The notes beneath the pieces were generated by a model. The model was not told the origin of the DNA. It saw nothing but the letters and a program-made list of their open reading frames with translations, and searched no databases. Positions 26,305-34,338 of a stretch of 64,000 bases of DNA are shown one piece after another. This DNA is from Planctomycetota bacterium. Its GTDB lineage: Bacteria > Planctomycetota > UBA11346. A program made the translations under genes and the position numbers. Positions within the stretch are counted from its first letter, which is position 1. Each line of letters starts with the position of its first letter. The stretch is from positions 823 through 64,822 of the forward strand of contig JALHRW010000006.1 in NCBI GenBank assembly GCA_022841245.1. The letters run 5' to 3'.

Positions 26305-29232
26305 GTGCATAGACAATGGTCCGATGACGATCTGGCCCGTTGGTGGACGTTACGGCCAGCCGAGTACCGATTCATCTGGAGAAAGCATGGGGCAATGCGA
26401 CTGGGATTCGCACTGCTGCTGAAGTATTTCCAAATTGAAGGCAGTTTCCCGACCAGTTGTGACGATGTGCCGCCCGGTCCTGTCCAGTTCATGGCCGATC
26501 AAGTTGCCGTTCCATGTGAATCGTGGACGGCATACACATGGGGTCAACGGGCACAACGCTATCATCAAACTGCCATTCGCTCATTCTGCGGATTTCACGA
26601 GGCATCCCAAGCCGATCGACGCGCCATCAGGCGTTGGCTTATCGACGATGTCATCCCTCGCGAGCATCGACCGGATCGTTTGATCGAGGACACCCTGCAA
26701 TACTGCAAGGGCAGAAATATCGTGCCTCCTGCGTCGAATCAATTGCGACGCCTGGTCCACTCGGCACTCCATGATCATGATGATCGGTTTTGTGCCATGA
26801 TTGGTGAGAGGGTCGATACACGCCAACTGTCCATGATGGATAGCTACTTGATGCCCATTCCAAGCAAGGACGACGCAACAGAGTGGACACTCTGGCAGCG
26901 CCTGAAAGGAGAGGTTGGTTCGCCAAGTATTGAAAGCGTGAAGGAAGCTGCGCTTCGCCTGGACCTTGTAACGGCCATTGGCCTCCCCGGTGACCTATTC
27001 CGAGGATGTTCACCGCAAGCTGTCGATCGGTATTGGAAGCAAGCCCGCGTCCAGGAACCGCACGAACTACGTCGACATACGCCACCACTACGCAGCACGC
27101 TGCTCGCGGCCTATGTCCATCGTCGCCGAGCAGAATTGACCGACCACTTTGTGGATCTATTCGCGGAGATCGTCCATAAATTCATCAAGAACGCGCAGAC
27201 GAAGGTCGAATCTGGCTTCAAAGAGGCCTTGAACAAGGCCAACATGAAAGTGCATACCATGTACAGGACTGGGAAGGCAATTCTCGCGCGTCCCAAAGGG
27301 ATCGTGGAGGATGTGATTTTCCCGGAGGCCTCTAGGGAATGGTGGTTGGCGCTGATTCGTGAGGTTGAAGGTGACGCTGTTCGCCGCGCAGGCATCATCC
27401 ACGCCATTCAGCGGTCCTACAGTCTGCATTACCGACGGATGCTGCCGGATATCCTACGACATCTGGAGTTCCGAACAACATCTACCGACGCATCGCTGAT
27501 CACGGCGATCCAATTGCTGCGCGACCATATGGGGTCGCCGTCCACCCATTATCCTGCGCAAACTCAGGTCCCAACACGAGGCATAGTTCCTAAGGATTGG
27601 ACATACTTGGTGATGGAGACGGTTGGTGGACGTCAGCGTGTCAATCGCATTGCATATGAGGCATGCGTCCTCATGGCATTGCGGGATAAATTGCGATGCA
27701 GGGAGGTGTGGGTTGACAATGGATACCGCTACCGGAATCCGGAAGAGGACCTGCCGCGTGACTTCCAGTCCAAGCGATCGGAATACTACAAAGTTCTGGG
27801 CATCAGCGACGGAGCATCGGCCTACGTGACTTCGCTGCGCCAGGAAATGCGCGATGCGTTGGTGGACATTGATCGCAACATCCCAGCGAATACCCATGTC
27901 AGCATCGTCAAACATGGCGATGGCCATCGCTTTTCGATCTCGCCGTATAAGCCCCTTGACGAACCCATGAATATTGGGGTTCTGAAGGAAGAGGTGTTCA
28001 GACGATGGAGTGGGACCAGTCTGCTCGATGTGCTCAAAGAAACAGACCTGCGATTGCACTTCACAAATCACTTCCGCAGCGGCACAGATCGTTCCCACCT
28101 GGAACGGAATACGTTGCGCCGGAGATTGCTGCTGTGTCTCTTTGCCATGGGCACAAATACGGGCATCAAGAGTATGGAATCAGGCCTCCAGGAGGAATAC
28201 AAGGAATTGCTCTACGTGCGCCGGAGATTCATCACCGCGGATACCCTTCGCGATGCCATTGCGGATGTCGCCAACGCTACCCTGAAGATACGAAACACGG
28301 CCATCTGGGGCGAAGCCACCTCGGCATGCGCATCAGACTCGAAGCAATTCAAGGCTTGGGATCAGAACCTGTTGACCGAATGGCATATGCGTTACGGTGG
28401 ACGCGGTGTTATGGTCTATTGGCATGTTGAGAACAGATCGACATGCATCTATTCGCAGATCAAACGCGTGTCTTCATCCGAAGCAGCGGCGATGATCAAT
28501 GGTGTTCTCCGGCATTCCACGGAGATGGATATCAAGAGGCAATACGTTGATACGCACGGCCAGAACACCGTCGCCTTTGCCATTGCGCGGTTACTTCAGT
28601 TCGAGTTGCTTCCTCGGATCAAGGGTGTCAATCGCCAGAAGTTGCATCGTCCATCGGTCGATCTCGTATTGCCAAATCTTGATAAGAAGGTGATGACGCC
28701 ATCCACGATAGACTGGGGTCTCATCGAGAGCAACTTTGATTCCCTGGTAAAATACGTTGTTTCCCTCAAGCTAGGCTTGGCCGACGCAGACAGCCTCATG
28801 CGCCAATTTACGCGCGATCATGTGCAGAGTCCTGTATACAAGGCATTTCTCGAATTCGGGAAGGTCATCAAAACGATCTTCCTGTGCCGCTATCTGTCCT
28901 CAGAAACGCTCCGACGTGAAGTCCATCACGGCCTCAACGTCGTAGAGTCGTGGAATAGCACCAATGGTTTCATCCATTATGGCCGCGAGGGCGAACTGTC
29001 GTCCAATAGGCGGGAAGACCAGGAAATGGGCCTCCTGAGCTTGCATCTTCTGCAAGCCTGCTTAGTCTATATAAACACCATCATGATCCAGCGCGTCCTT
29101 CAAGATCCGGTCTGGCTGGCCAAGCTTGATCCGCGCGACCTCGCTGCGCTGAGCCCACTTCTCACTCAGCACATCAACAGATACGGCCGATTTGAGTTGG
29201 ACCTCCGCAAGCGAATCCCCTTGAACGCTTGA
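26305..29232 (+). CDS. tnpA: Tn3-family transposase
   Basis: 975 aa, GTG start. The N-terminal DUF4158-like region (WTLRPAEYRFIWRKHGAMRLGFALLLKYFQIEGSFP) and the C-terminal DDE_Tnp_Tn3 region (YVDTHGQNTVAFAIARLLQFELLPRIK, ...NTIMIQ...) are typical of the family. G+C is clearly lower than in the flanks. Confidence 0.93.
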   Translation: MHRQWSDDDLARWWTLRPAEYRFIWRKHGAMRLGFALLLKYFQIEGSFPTSCDDVPPGPVQFMADQVAVPCESWTAYTWGQRAQRYHQTAIRSFCGFHEASQADRRAIRRWLIDDVIPREHRPDRLIEDTLQYCKGRNIVPPASNQLRRLVHSALHDHDDRFCAMIGERVDTRQLSMMDSYLMPIPSKDDATEWTLWQRLKGEVGSPSIESVKEAALRLDLVTAIGLPGDLFRGCSPQAVDRYWKQARVQEPHELRRHTPPLRSTLLAAYVHRRRAELTDHFVDLFAEIVHKFIKNAQTKVESGFKEALNKANMKVHTMYRTGKAILARPKGIVEDVIFPEASREWWLALIREVEGDAVRRAGIIHAIQRSYSLHYRRMLPDILRHLEFRTTSTDASLITAIQLLRDHMGSPSTHYPAQTQVPTRGIVPKDWTYLVMETVGGRQRVNRIAYEACVLMALRDKLRCREVWVDNGYRYRNPEEDLPRDFQSKRSEYYKVLGISDGASAYVTSLRQEMRDALVDIDRNIPANTHVSIVKHGDGHRFSISPYKPLDEPMNIGVLKEEVFRRWSGTSLLDVLKETDLRLHFTNHFRSGTDRSHLERNTLRRRLLLCLFAMGTNTGIKSMESGLQEEYKELLYVRRRFITADTLRDAIADVANATLKIRNTAIWGEATSACASDSKQFKAWDQNLLTEWHMRYGGRGVMVYWHVENRSTCIYSQIKRVSSSEAAAMINGVLRHSTEMDIKRQYVDTHGQNTVAFAIARLLQFELLPRIKGVNRQKLHRPSVDLVLPNLDKKVMTPSTIDWGLIESNFDSLVKYVVSLKLGLADADSLMRQFTRDHVQSPVYKAFLEFGKVIKTIFLCRYLSSETLRREVHHGLNVVESWNSTNGFIHYGREGELSSNRREDQEMGLLSLHLLQACLVYINTIMIQRVLQDPVWLAKLDPRDLAALSPLLTQHINRYGRFELDLRKRIPLNA

Positions 29233-29319
29233 GTAACCTGTTGATGCATAATGAGATACGCTAGGCCTTTGGAATTTGGAACTCAGATCCCAACTTCATT
29301 GTATGGCACCGCAAGTCCC

Positions 29320-29357
29320 TCTATTTTCCGTTTTAGCATGAATGTTGGGATACCCCC
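29320..29357 (-). repeat. Candidate terminal inverted repeat (right end) of the Tn3-family element
   Basis: Read inward it is GGGGGTATCCCAACATTCATGCTAAAACGGAAAATAGAG. It has the GGGG terminus and an AAAACGGAAAAT core that I recall from Tn21-subgroup IRs. The length (38 versus about 46 bp) is uncertain. Confidence 0.5.
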
Positions 29358-29373
29358 TATATCTGACGCGCAT

Positions 29374-30549
29374 TCAGCGCGCGTTCATCACCTGCTGGAC
29401 GAGCATCCGCCACGAACCGAAGCGACGAGCGGGGCTGCTGGCTAGGCGCAGGGCCAGCGGTTCCAGACCGGGATCGAAGGCGCAGGCGGCCTCGATCAGC
29501 TTGGCTGCCTGGGCGGGTTCGAACAGGCGGCCCGGACGGTAATGCTCCAGACCGGCCTCGGCCCGCTGCCGATCCAGGTCGACCGTGCTGTTGCGCCATT
29601 CCTCGCGGGTCTTCTCACCGGTGGCGTAGGGCACCACGAAATCGACGGACCGCTTCAGGGATCCGGCCTCAGGAGCGGTCCAGCGGTACAGCGCCAGACC
29701 GTCGGCGCCCATGATCAGCGCCAGATCGAGCACCGGCACCAGCGCGGAGCAGTGGTAGGTCAGCGAGTCGCGCCGTTCGAGATCCAGACTGGTGCCGTCA
29801 GCACGCAGGCTGGCGGCGACGAAGCGTTCGATGCCGCTGCGGCCCAGGGCGACCAGATCCGGTCGATCGATGGCGAGGCCGCAGTAGACCGCCAGCCGGA
29901 CATGCTTGGTGTAGCGATTGGTGAGATGCTGGGATTCTGTGACCGCCCGGGCGTGGCGTTCGCCCAGATCGGCGACCCACGCATCGACCTTCGCGTCAGG
30001 GGTCGCCGCGCGGATGCCCATCCAGGCGACCAGCAGCGGCGTCAGCTTGTTCTCGTTCACGTCGTTGCCAGTCGGCCGGTAGGTGGCGGCCCAGGCCGTG
30101 CAATGGCGCCGGAGCATGACGGCGAACCGCTCCTCGCCACTGGCCTGCCAGGCATCGACCGCCGCCGCCACCTGGTCGATCGTGCGCAGATGCTCGACAT
30201 CGGCCAACCGGCGGGGATCGGTGTTCACCAGGCCTTCGTAGCGGATCTCGGCCAGCGGCATGGGTGCGATCCCGACCAGCGGTGCGGCCTCCTGCACCAC
30301 CTGGGCGGCGAGCGCAGCGGCCTCGCCATCCGTGGCGATCAGGTGGCGGAGGCGTGCGGTCTGGGCGGCATCGAGCGGGATCACCGGGCGCAGGGAGAAC
30401 TCGCCGGCACCCTCGCTCGCCATCAGCCCGGCGATGACGAGCAGGGCGAGCATCCAGACCCGACAGCCTGACCCGGGTAGCGGGGGTGACGGGCGCCTGT
30501 GCGTGGCGGCATCCTCCGCAACGAGGCGGTGATCAACTGCGCTGTGCAT
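29374..30549 (-). CDS. Secreted alginate-lyase-family-like protein (tentative)
   Basis: This is ORF 29374..31284 trimmed to the ATG at 30549; alternative starts are 30567 or the later MLALLV. It has a hydrophobic signal-like segment, WMLALLVIAGLMA. All-alpha repeats with RYEGLVNTDP, NENKLTPLL, LTNRYTKH and DSLTYHCSALVPVLDLA recall the PL5/Alginate_lyase fold. The upstream 240 codons of the track ORF are antisense shadow over the IclR gene. Confidence 0.5.
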   Translation of the reverse strand: MHSAVDHRLVAEDAATHRRPSPPLPGSGCRVWMLALLVIAGLMASEGAGEFSLRPVIPLDAAQTARLRHLIATDGEAAALAAQVVQEAAPLVGIAPMPLAEIRYEGLVNTDPRRLADVEHLRTIDQVAAAVDAWQASGEERFAVMLRRHCTAWAATYRPTGNDVNENKLTPLLVAWMGIRAATPDAKVDAWVADLGERHARAVTESQHLTNRYTKHVRLAVYCGLAIDRPDLVALGRSGIERFVAASLRADGTSLDLERRDSLTYHCSALVPVLDLALIMGADGLALYRWTAPEAGSLKRSVDFVVPYATGEKTREEWRNSTVDLDRQRAEAGLEHYRPGRLFEPAQAAKLIEAACAFDPGLEPLALRLASSPARRFGSWRMLVQQVMNAR

Positions 30550-31303
30550 GTCGTGTCCTGTGTCCATGAGGGCGGCCGATCCATCGGGCGCCAAGGCGGC
30601 GGCTGATCGTGGCGGCGGCACGGCAGGCGGAGGCGACCACCGCTGGGCGCCAGCGGGCCTTCTCCACGGCGACACCGAGGGCGGCGATGCCACCCTCGGC
30701 ATCCGGCACGGGCAGGCCGATGCCGATGAAGGGACCAGCCGGGTCGTTGATGATCCAGCCCTGCCGGCGCGCTGTGGCGCAGGCGGTATGCAGGCCGGGC
30801 CAGTCGCTCGCCTCGCGCCACTGCCCGGCCTGCGGCAGGCCGATGGCCGCGACCAGGCGCTGACGATCGCGCCACCCCAGCTGCGCCACCAGCATGCGGC
30901 CGCTGGCGCTGCCGTAGAGGTCATCGCGCTCCTGCAGCTTGGCCGTTTCGCTGCCATGATGCTCGATGAGGACGATACGGCGGTTTTCGCGCAGCACGGC
31001 CAGGACGCAGCGGTAGCGCTGGCGGCCGGCCAGCCGGGCGAGGACCGGGGTGGCGGCGGCGACCAGACGGCCGTGGTACGGTTGACGGTTGACGAGCGCC
31101 TCCAGGCGGGGCCCGAGACGGTAGCGGCCGCGCTGGCCCTGCTGATCGGCCCAGCCGAGGATGCAGAGGTCGTGCAGCAGGCGGGTGGCGGTGGCGGGCG
31201 GCAGCCCGGCGCGGGCGGCGGCTTCGCGCAGGGCGAGGCCACCAGCACCAGCGGCTGCGAGTTGTTCGACCAGGGCGGCGGCACGGGCGAGGACGGAGAT
31301 CAT
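30533..31303 (-). CDS. IclR-family transcriptional regulator
   Basis: 256 aa. The N-terminal wHTH is LREAAARAGLPPATATRLLHDL. The C-terminal effector domain has the IclR pattern (...VAQLGWRDRQRL...INDPAGPFIGIGLPV...). Confidence 0.85.
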   Translation of the reverse strand: MISVLARAAALVEQLAAAGAGGLALREAAARAGLPPATATRLLHDLCILGWADQQGQRGRYRLGPRLEALVNRQPYHGRLVAAATPVLARLAGRQRYRCVLAVLRENRRIVLIEHHGSETAKLQERDDLYGSASGRMLVAQLGWRDRQRLVAAIGLPQAGQWREASDWPGLHTACATARRQGWIINDPAGPFIGIGLPVPDAEGGIAALGVAVEKARWRPAVVASACRAAATISRRLGARWIGRPHGHRTRHAQRS

Positions 31304-31371
31304 CCGGGTTCCATGCTGCGGAACCTGTGACGCCGCTCAAGCCGCGACGCGGCAGGCGATAGGATGGGGGC

Positions 31372-32508
31372 ATGACCTGGCACCTCGATCTCGACTTCCC
31401 CGGTTCCAACGCCTGCGGCGCCGCCGTCACCTGCGTGGATGGCGCACCGGCGATCAGCCTCACCCCCGACCCGAAGGACAGTCCGGAAGTCCTGTGGTTC
31501 CGCTTCCGCCTGCGCCGGCTCGACGCCGAAGCGCCCGCGCCGTGGCTGGTGCTGCGACACGTGCCGACCCTGCTCGGCGGTGGCGATGGCTCGGCGTTGC
31601 AGCCGGTGGTGCGCTGCGATGGTGGTGCCTGGTCGCGGCTGCCGCCGGGCCAGCCATGCCGGTATGCCGATGGACGCTGCGATGCGCGCTGGCCGCTCCC
31701 GGCCGCCGCCGCCTGCCTGGAGGTGGCCTTCTGCTTCCCCTACGGCCAGGAGGAACTGGATGCGCTGATCGCCGCCACTGGCCTGCGCGTGCAGGCGGTC
31801 GGTGCGAGCGAGCGCGGGCGACCGCTGCTGCGCCTCGACAACGGCCCGGGCGCGGAGGGATCGCAGCGGCCCGGTCTCTTCGTGCTCGCCCGCCAGCACA
31901 GCGGCGAAACCCCGGCATCCTGGGTGCTGGACGGCCTGCTGCGTCGCCTCGCCGAGCTGGGCGAGGCGGCGCCGCTGACCTGGGTCGTCCCCTTCGGCGA
32001 TCCCGACGGCGTGCTCGACGGCTGCTATGGCAAGGATCGCCACCCCGTCGACATCAACCGCGCCTGGCCCGGCGTCGACAGCAAGCCGCGCCGCCACGAG
32101 GTGCTGTGCTGGATGCAGGAGATCGAACGCTGGCGGAAGCGCTGCGCGCCGACCCTGCTGCTCGACCTGCATGCCCCCGGAGCGCACGAGCGTACCGGCG
32201 TCTACGCCTTCACCCCGATGGGAGCCGATGGCGTGGTGCCGGAACCGGTCGGGGCCTGGGCCGCCCGGCTGCAGTCCACCCTCGGCGCCCCGTGGGCTGC
32301 TGAACAGGATTTCGCCCGCGTCGGGCGCTATCCCAGCCGCTGGCCGCGCGAGACCCATCTGACCGGCTCGCGCTGGGCGGTGCATCAGGGCCTGCCGGCG
32401 CTGGCGGTCGAGACCAGCTATCAGGGCCAGGGCGGACGCGTTTTTTCGATCACGGATTATCGTGCCATCGGCGTGCGTCTCGCTGATGGCGTGGTCGCCA
32501 CAGGCTGA
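31372..32508 (+). CDS. M14-family metallocarboxypeptidase-like protein (cytosolic-carboxypeptidase subtype with N-terminal beta domain)
   Basis: 378 aa. ARQHSGETPASW (HxxE zinc motif), DPDGV, and LLLDLHAPG (third zinc His) are in the expected order. Confidence 0.7.
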   Translation: MTWHLDLDFPGSNACGAAVTCVDGAPAISLTPDPKDSPEVLWFRFRLRRLDAEAPAPWLVLRHVPTLLGGGDGSALQPVVRCDGGAWSRLPPGQPCRYADGRCDARWPLPAAAACLEVAFCFPYGQEELDALIAATGLRVQAVGASERGRPLLRLDNGPGAEGSQRPGLFVLARQHSGETPASWVLDGLLRRLAELGEAAPLTWVVPFGDPDGVLDGCYGKDRHPVDINRAWPGVDSKPRRHEVLCWMQEIERWRKRCAPTLLLDLHAPGAHERTGVYAFTPMGADGVVPEPVGAWAARLQSTLGAPWAAEQDFARVGRYPSRWPRETHLTGSRWAVHQGLPALAVETSYQGQGGRVFSITDYRAIGVRLADGVVATG

Positions 32509-32615
32509 GCCAGCGCATGGACGGGTGGTGGCGCGCTCTCCGCCACGATCCCTGCGGACCTGCACCCCGGTACCGGACACTGGACCGGCCGCTGATCGTC
32601 GCTGTGCTGTCCCAC

Positions 32616-33824
32616 ATGAGCACGTTCATGCGCACGATCCTCCCCGCGCTGGCTGCCGCCTGCGCCATGGGCGCCAGCATCGAGGACTCGCCAGCACGGC
32701 GCGGCGACTACCCCAACCACTTCCTCAAGATCGGCCGCAGTCAGGCAGAAGTCGACGAGCGGTTGGCGCAGGCCTGGGAGCACTTCTTCGCCGGCGGTGC
32801 GGAGCAGCGGATCTACTATGAGGCGCCTCCCGACCAGGGCTACATCCTCGACGTCCACTTCAATGACGTGCGCACCGAGGGCCTGTCCTACGGCATGATG
32901 ATCGCCCTGCAGTACGATCGTCGCGATGTCTTCGATCGGCTGTGGCGCTACGCCTGCGCCCACATGCGGTTCAAGGACGGACCGCGGCAGGGCTACTTCC
33001 TCTGGCACGTGCGCGCCGACGGCACCCCGGTGGACGACAAGCGCGCCTCGGCTCCCGACGGCGAACTGTGGTTCGCCACCGCCCTGTTCCTGGCCGCCAA
33101 CCGCTGGCGCGAACCCGCCTATCGCCAGGCCGCCGACGACCTGCTGCACGTCATGCTGCACCAGGAGGACGACAGCAGCGAGGATGGGGTCACCAACATG
33201 ATCGACAGGTCCACCGGCCTGGTGGTCTTCGTGCCGCGCGGTGATGCCGCCACCTTCACCGACCCCAGCTACCAGGTTCCGCACTTCCTCACCCTGTTCT
33301 CCCTCTGGGCCAAGGCCGACCGCGAGCGCTGGGCCCAGGCGGCAGTTGCCGCACGGGCCCACCTCAAGGCCGCCTGCCATCCGCTGACCGGTCTGGCGCC
33401 CGACTACGCCGAGTTCGACGGCCGACCGCGCGCCCGCAAGGATCGCGGCAGCGAGCACTTCCAGTCGGACGCCTGGCGCGTAGCGATGAACGTCGCGGTG
33501 GACTGGGCGTGGTTCCGAGCCGACCCGTGGGCCGTCGGGCAGAGCGACCGCATCCAGGCCTTCTTTGCCGGGCAGCCGCGCGGCTCGTTCTTCACGGTCG
33601 ATGGGCAGCTGCGCCCCAATGGCGACTTCCGCGCTTCCGGACTGACCATGATGAACGCGGTCGCCAGCCTGGCCGCCCAGCATGACCGGCGACTCGATTT
33701 CGTGCGGCGGGCCTGGGACCTCAAGCCGCCCAGCGGCCGCTCCCGGTATTACGACGGCTGCCTGTACATGCTCGGTCTGCTGCAGTTGTCGGGCCGGTTC
33801 CGCGTGTGGTGGCCGGCCGGATGA
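32616..33824 (+). CDS. Glycoside hydrolase family 8
   Basis: This is ORF 32517..33824 trimmed to MSTFMRTILPALAAACAMGAS (signal peptide). It has DVRTEGLSYGMMIAL (catalytic Glu region) and ASAPDGELWFATALFLAANRW (GH8 signature-like), and a C-terminal YYDGCLYMLGLL. Confidence 0.8.
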   Translation: MSTFMRTILPALAAACAMGASIEDSPARRGDYPNHFLKIGRSQAEVDERLAQAWEHFFAGGAEQRIYYEAPPDQGYILDVHFNDVRTEGLSYGMMIALQYDRRDVFDRLWRYACAHMRFKDGPRQGYFLWHVRADGTPVDDKRASAPDGELWFATALFLAANRWREPAYRQAADDLLHVMLHQEDDSSEDGVTNMIDRSTGLVVFVPRGDAATFTDPSYQVPHFLTLFSLWAKADRERWAQAAVAARAHLKAACHPLTGLAPDYAEFDGRPRARKDRGSEHFQSDAWRVAMNVAVDWAWFRADPWAVGQSDRIQAFFAGQPRGSFFTVDGQLRPNGDFRASGLTMMNAVASLAAQHDRRLDFVRRAWDLKPPSGRSRYYDGCLYMLGLLQLSGRFRVWWPAG

Positions 33825-34338
33825 ACCGCATGGCGGCGACGCCTGCGCCAGTGGACGCGTCGACCCGATAACGATGTGTCCAGGCGGCAAGACGGGACTA
33901 CTCCAACCTCCAACCGGCGCAGGCGCAGGATCGGCAGATAGGCGGCCATCGCGGTCGCCAGCATGGTCAAGGACATCTCCTGCAGCCCATGGGCGAGTTC
34001 GAACTCGCCGAGCACGGTGCCTGCTACCGGATAGTGCCGCCAACGTCGGCCCCGTTCAGGCAATTCGCCGCGCAGCACGGCGCGTACCCATCGACCACTA
34101 GTCGCTGCGTCCAGCGCCCATGCCAGATCCATCCGAGGTGCAGTGGCACGTTGACTGCGATCTGACGCGGCCAATTGCCTATGGCTGTCCTTGAGCCCGA
34201 CTTCCAGGACGCACGAGGAATGAAAGGGCGATGTCCGCAGCAGGCGGCGGGGTCATGCCAAGCCATGAGCGCTGAGCGCCGCCGTAACGGCGAAGATACC
34301 ATCATCCCACTCCAGCTCGACCGGCCCACTGACGGAAG

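Larger units (their letters stand above)
24720..29357 (+). mobile_element. Tn3-family transposon-like element (tyrosine recombinase plus TnpA); left boundary not resolved
   Basis: G+C drops visibly from about 24720 and returns abruptly at 29357. The element carries a tyrosine recombinase and a 975-aa Tn3-family transposase in the same orientation (Tn4430-like layout). The right end finishes with ...GGGATACCCCC, i.e. a GGGG-terminal IR read inward. Confidence 0.7.

Noticed and set aside
33825-34338. Convergent 514-bp gap with frame-broken minus-strand fragments (for example RRWRHYPVAGTVLGEFELAHGLQEMSLTMLATAMAAYLPIL), considered as a degenerate IS-transposase C-terminus
   Set aside because: The resemblance to the RW...LG...MLA pattern of IS4/IS701-type transposases is loose. 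There are no terminal repeats and no intact frame. A tblastx-type search would be needed.
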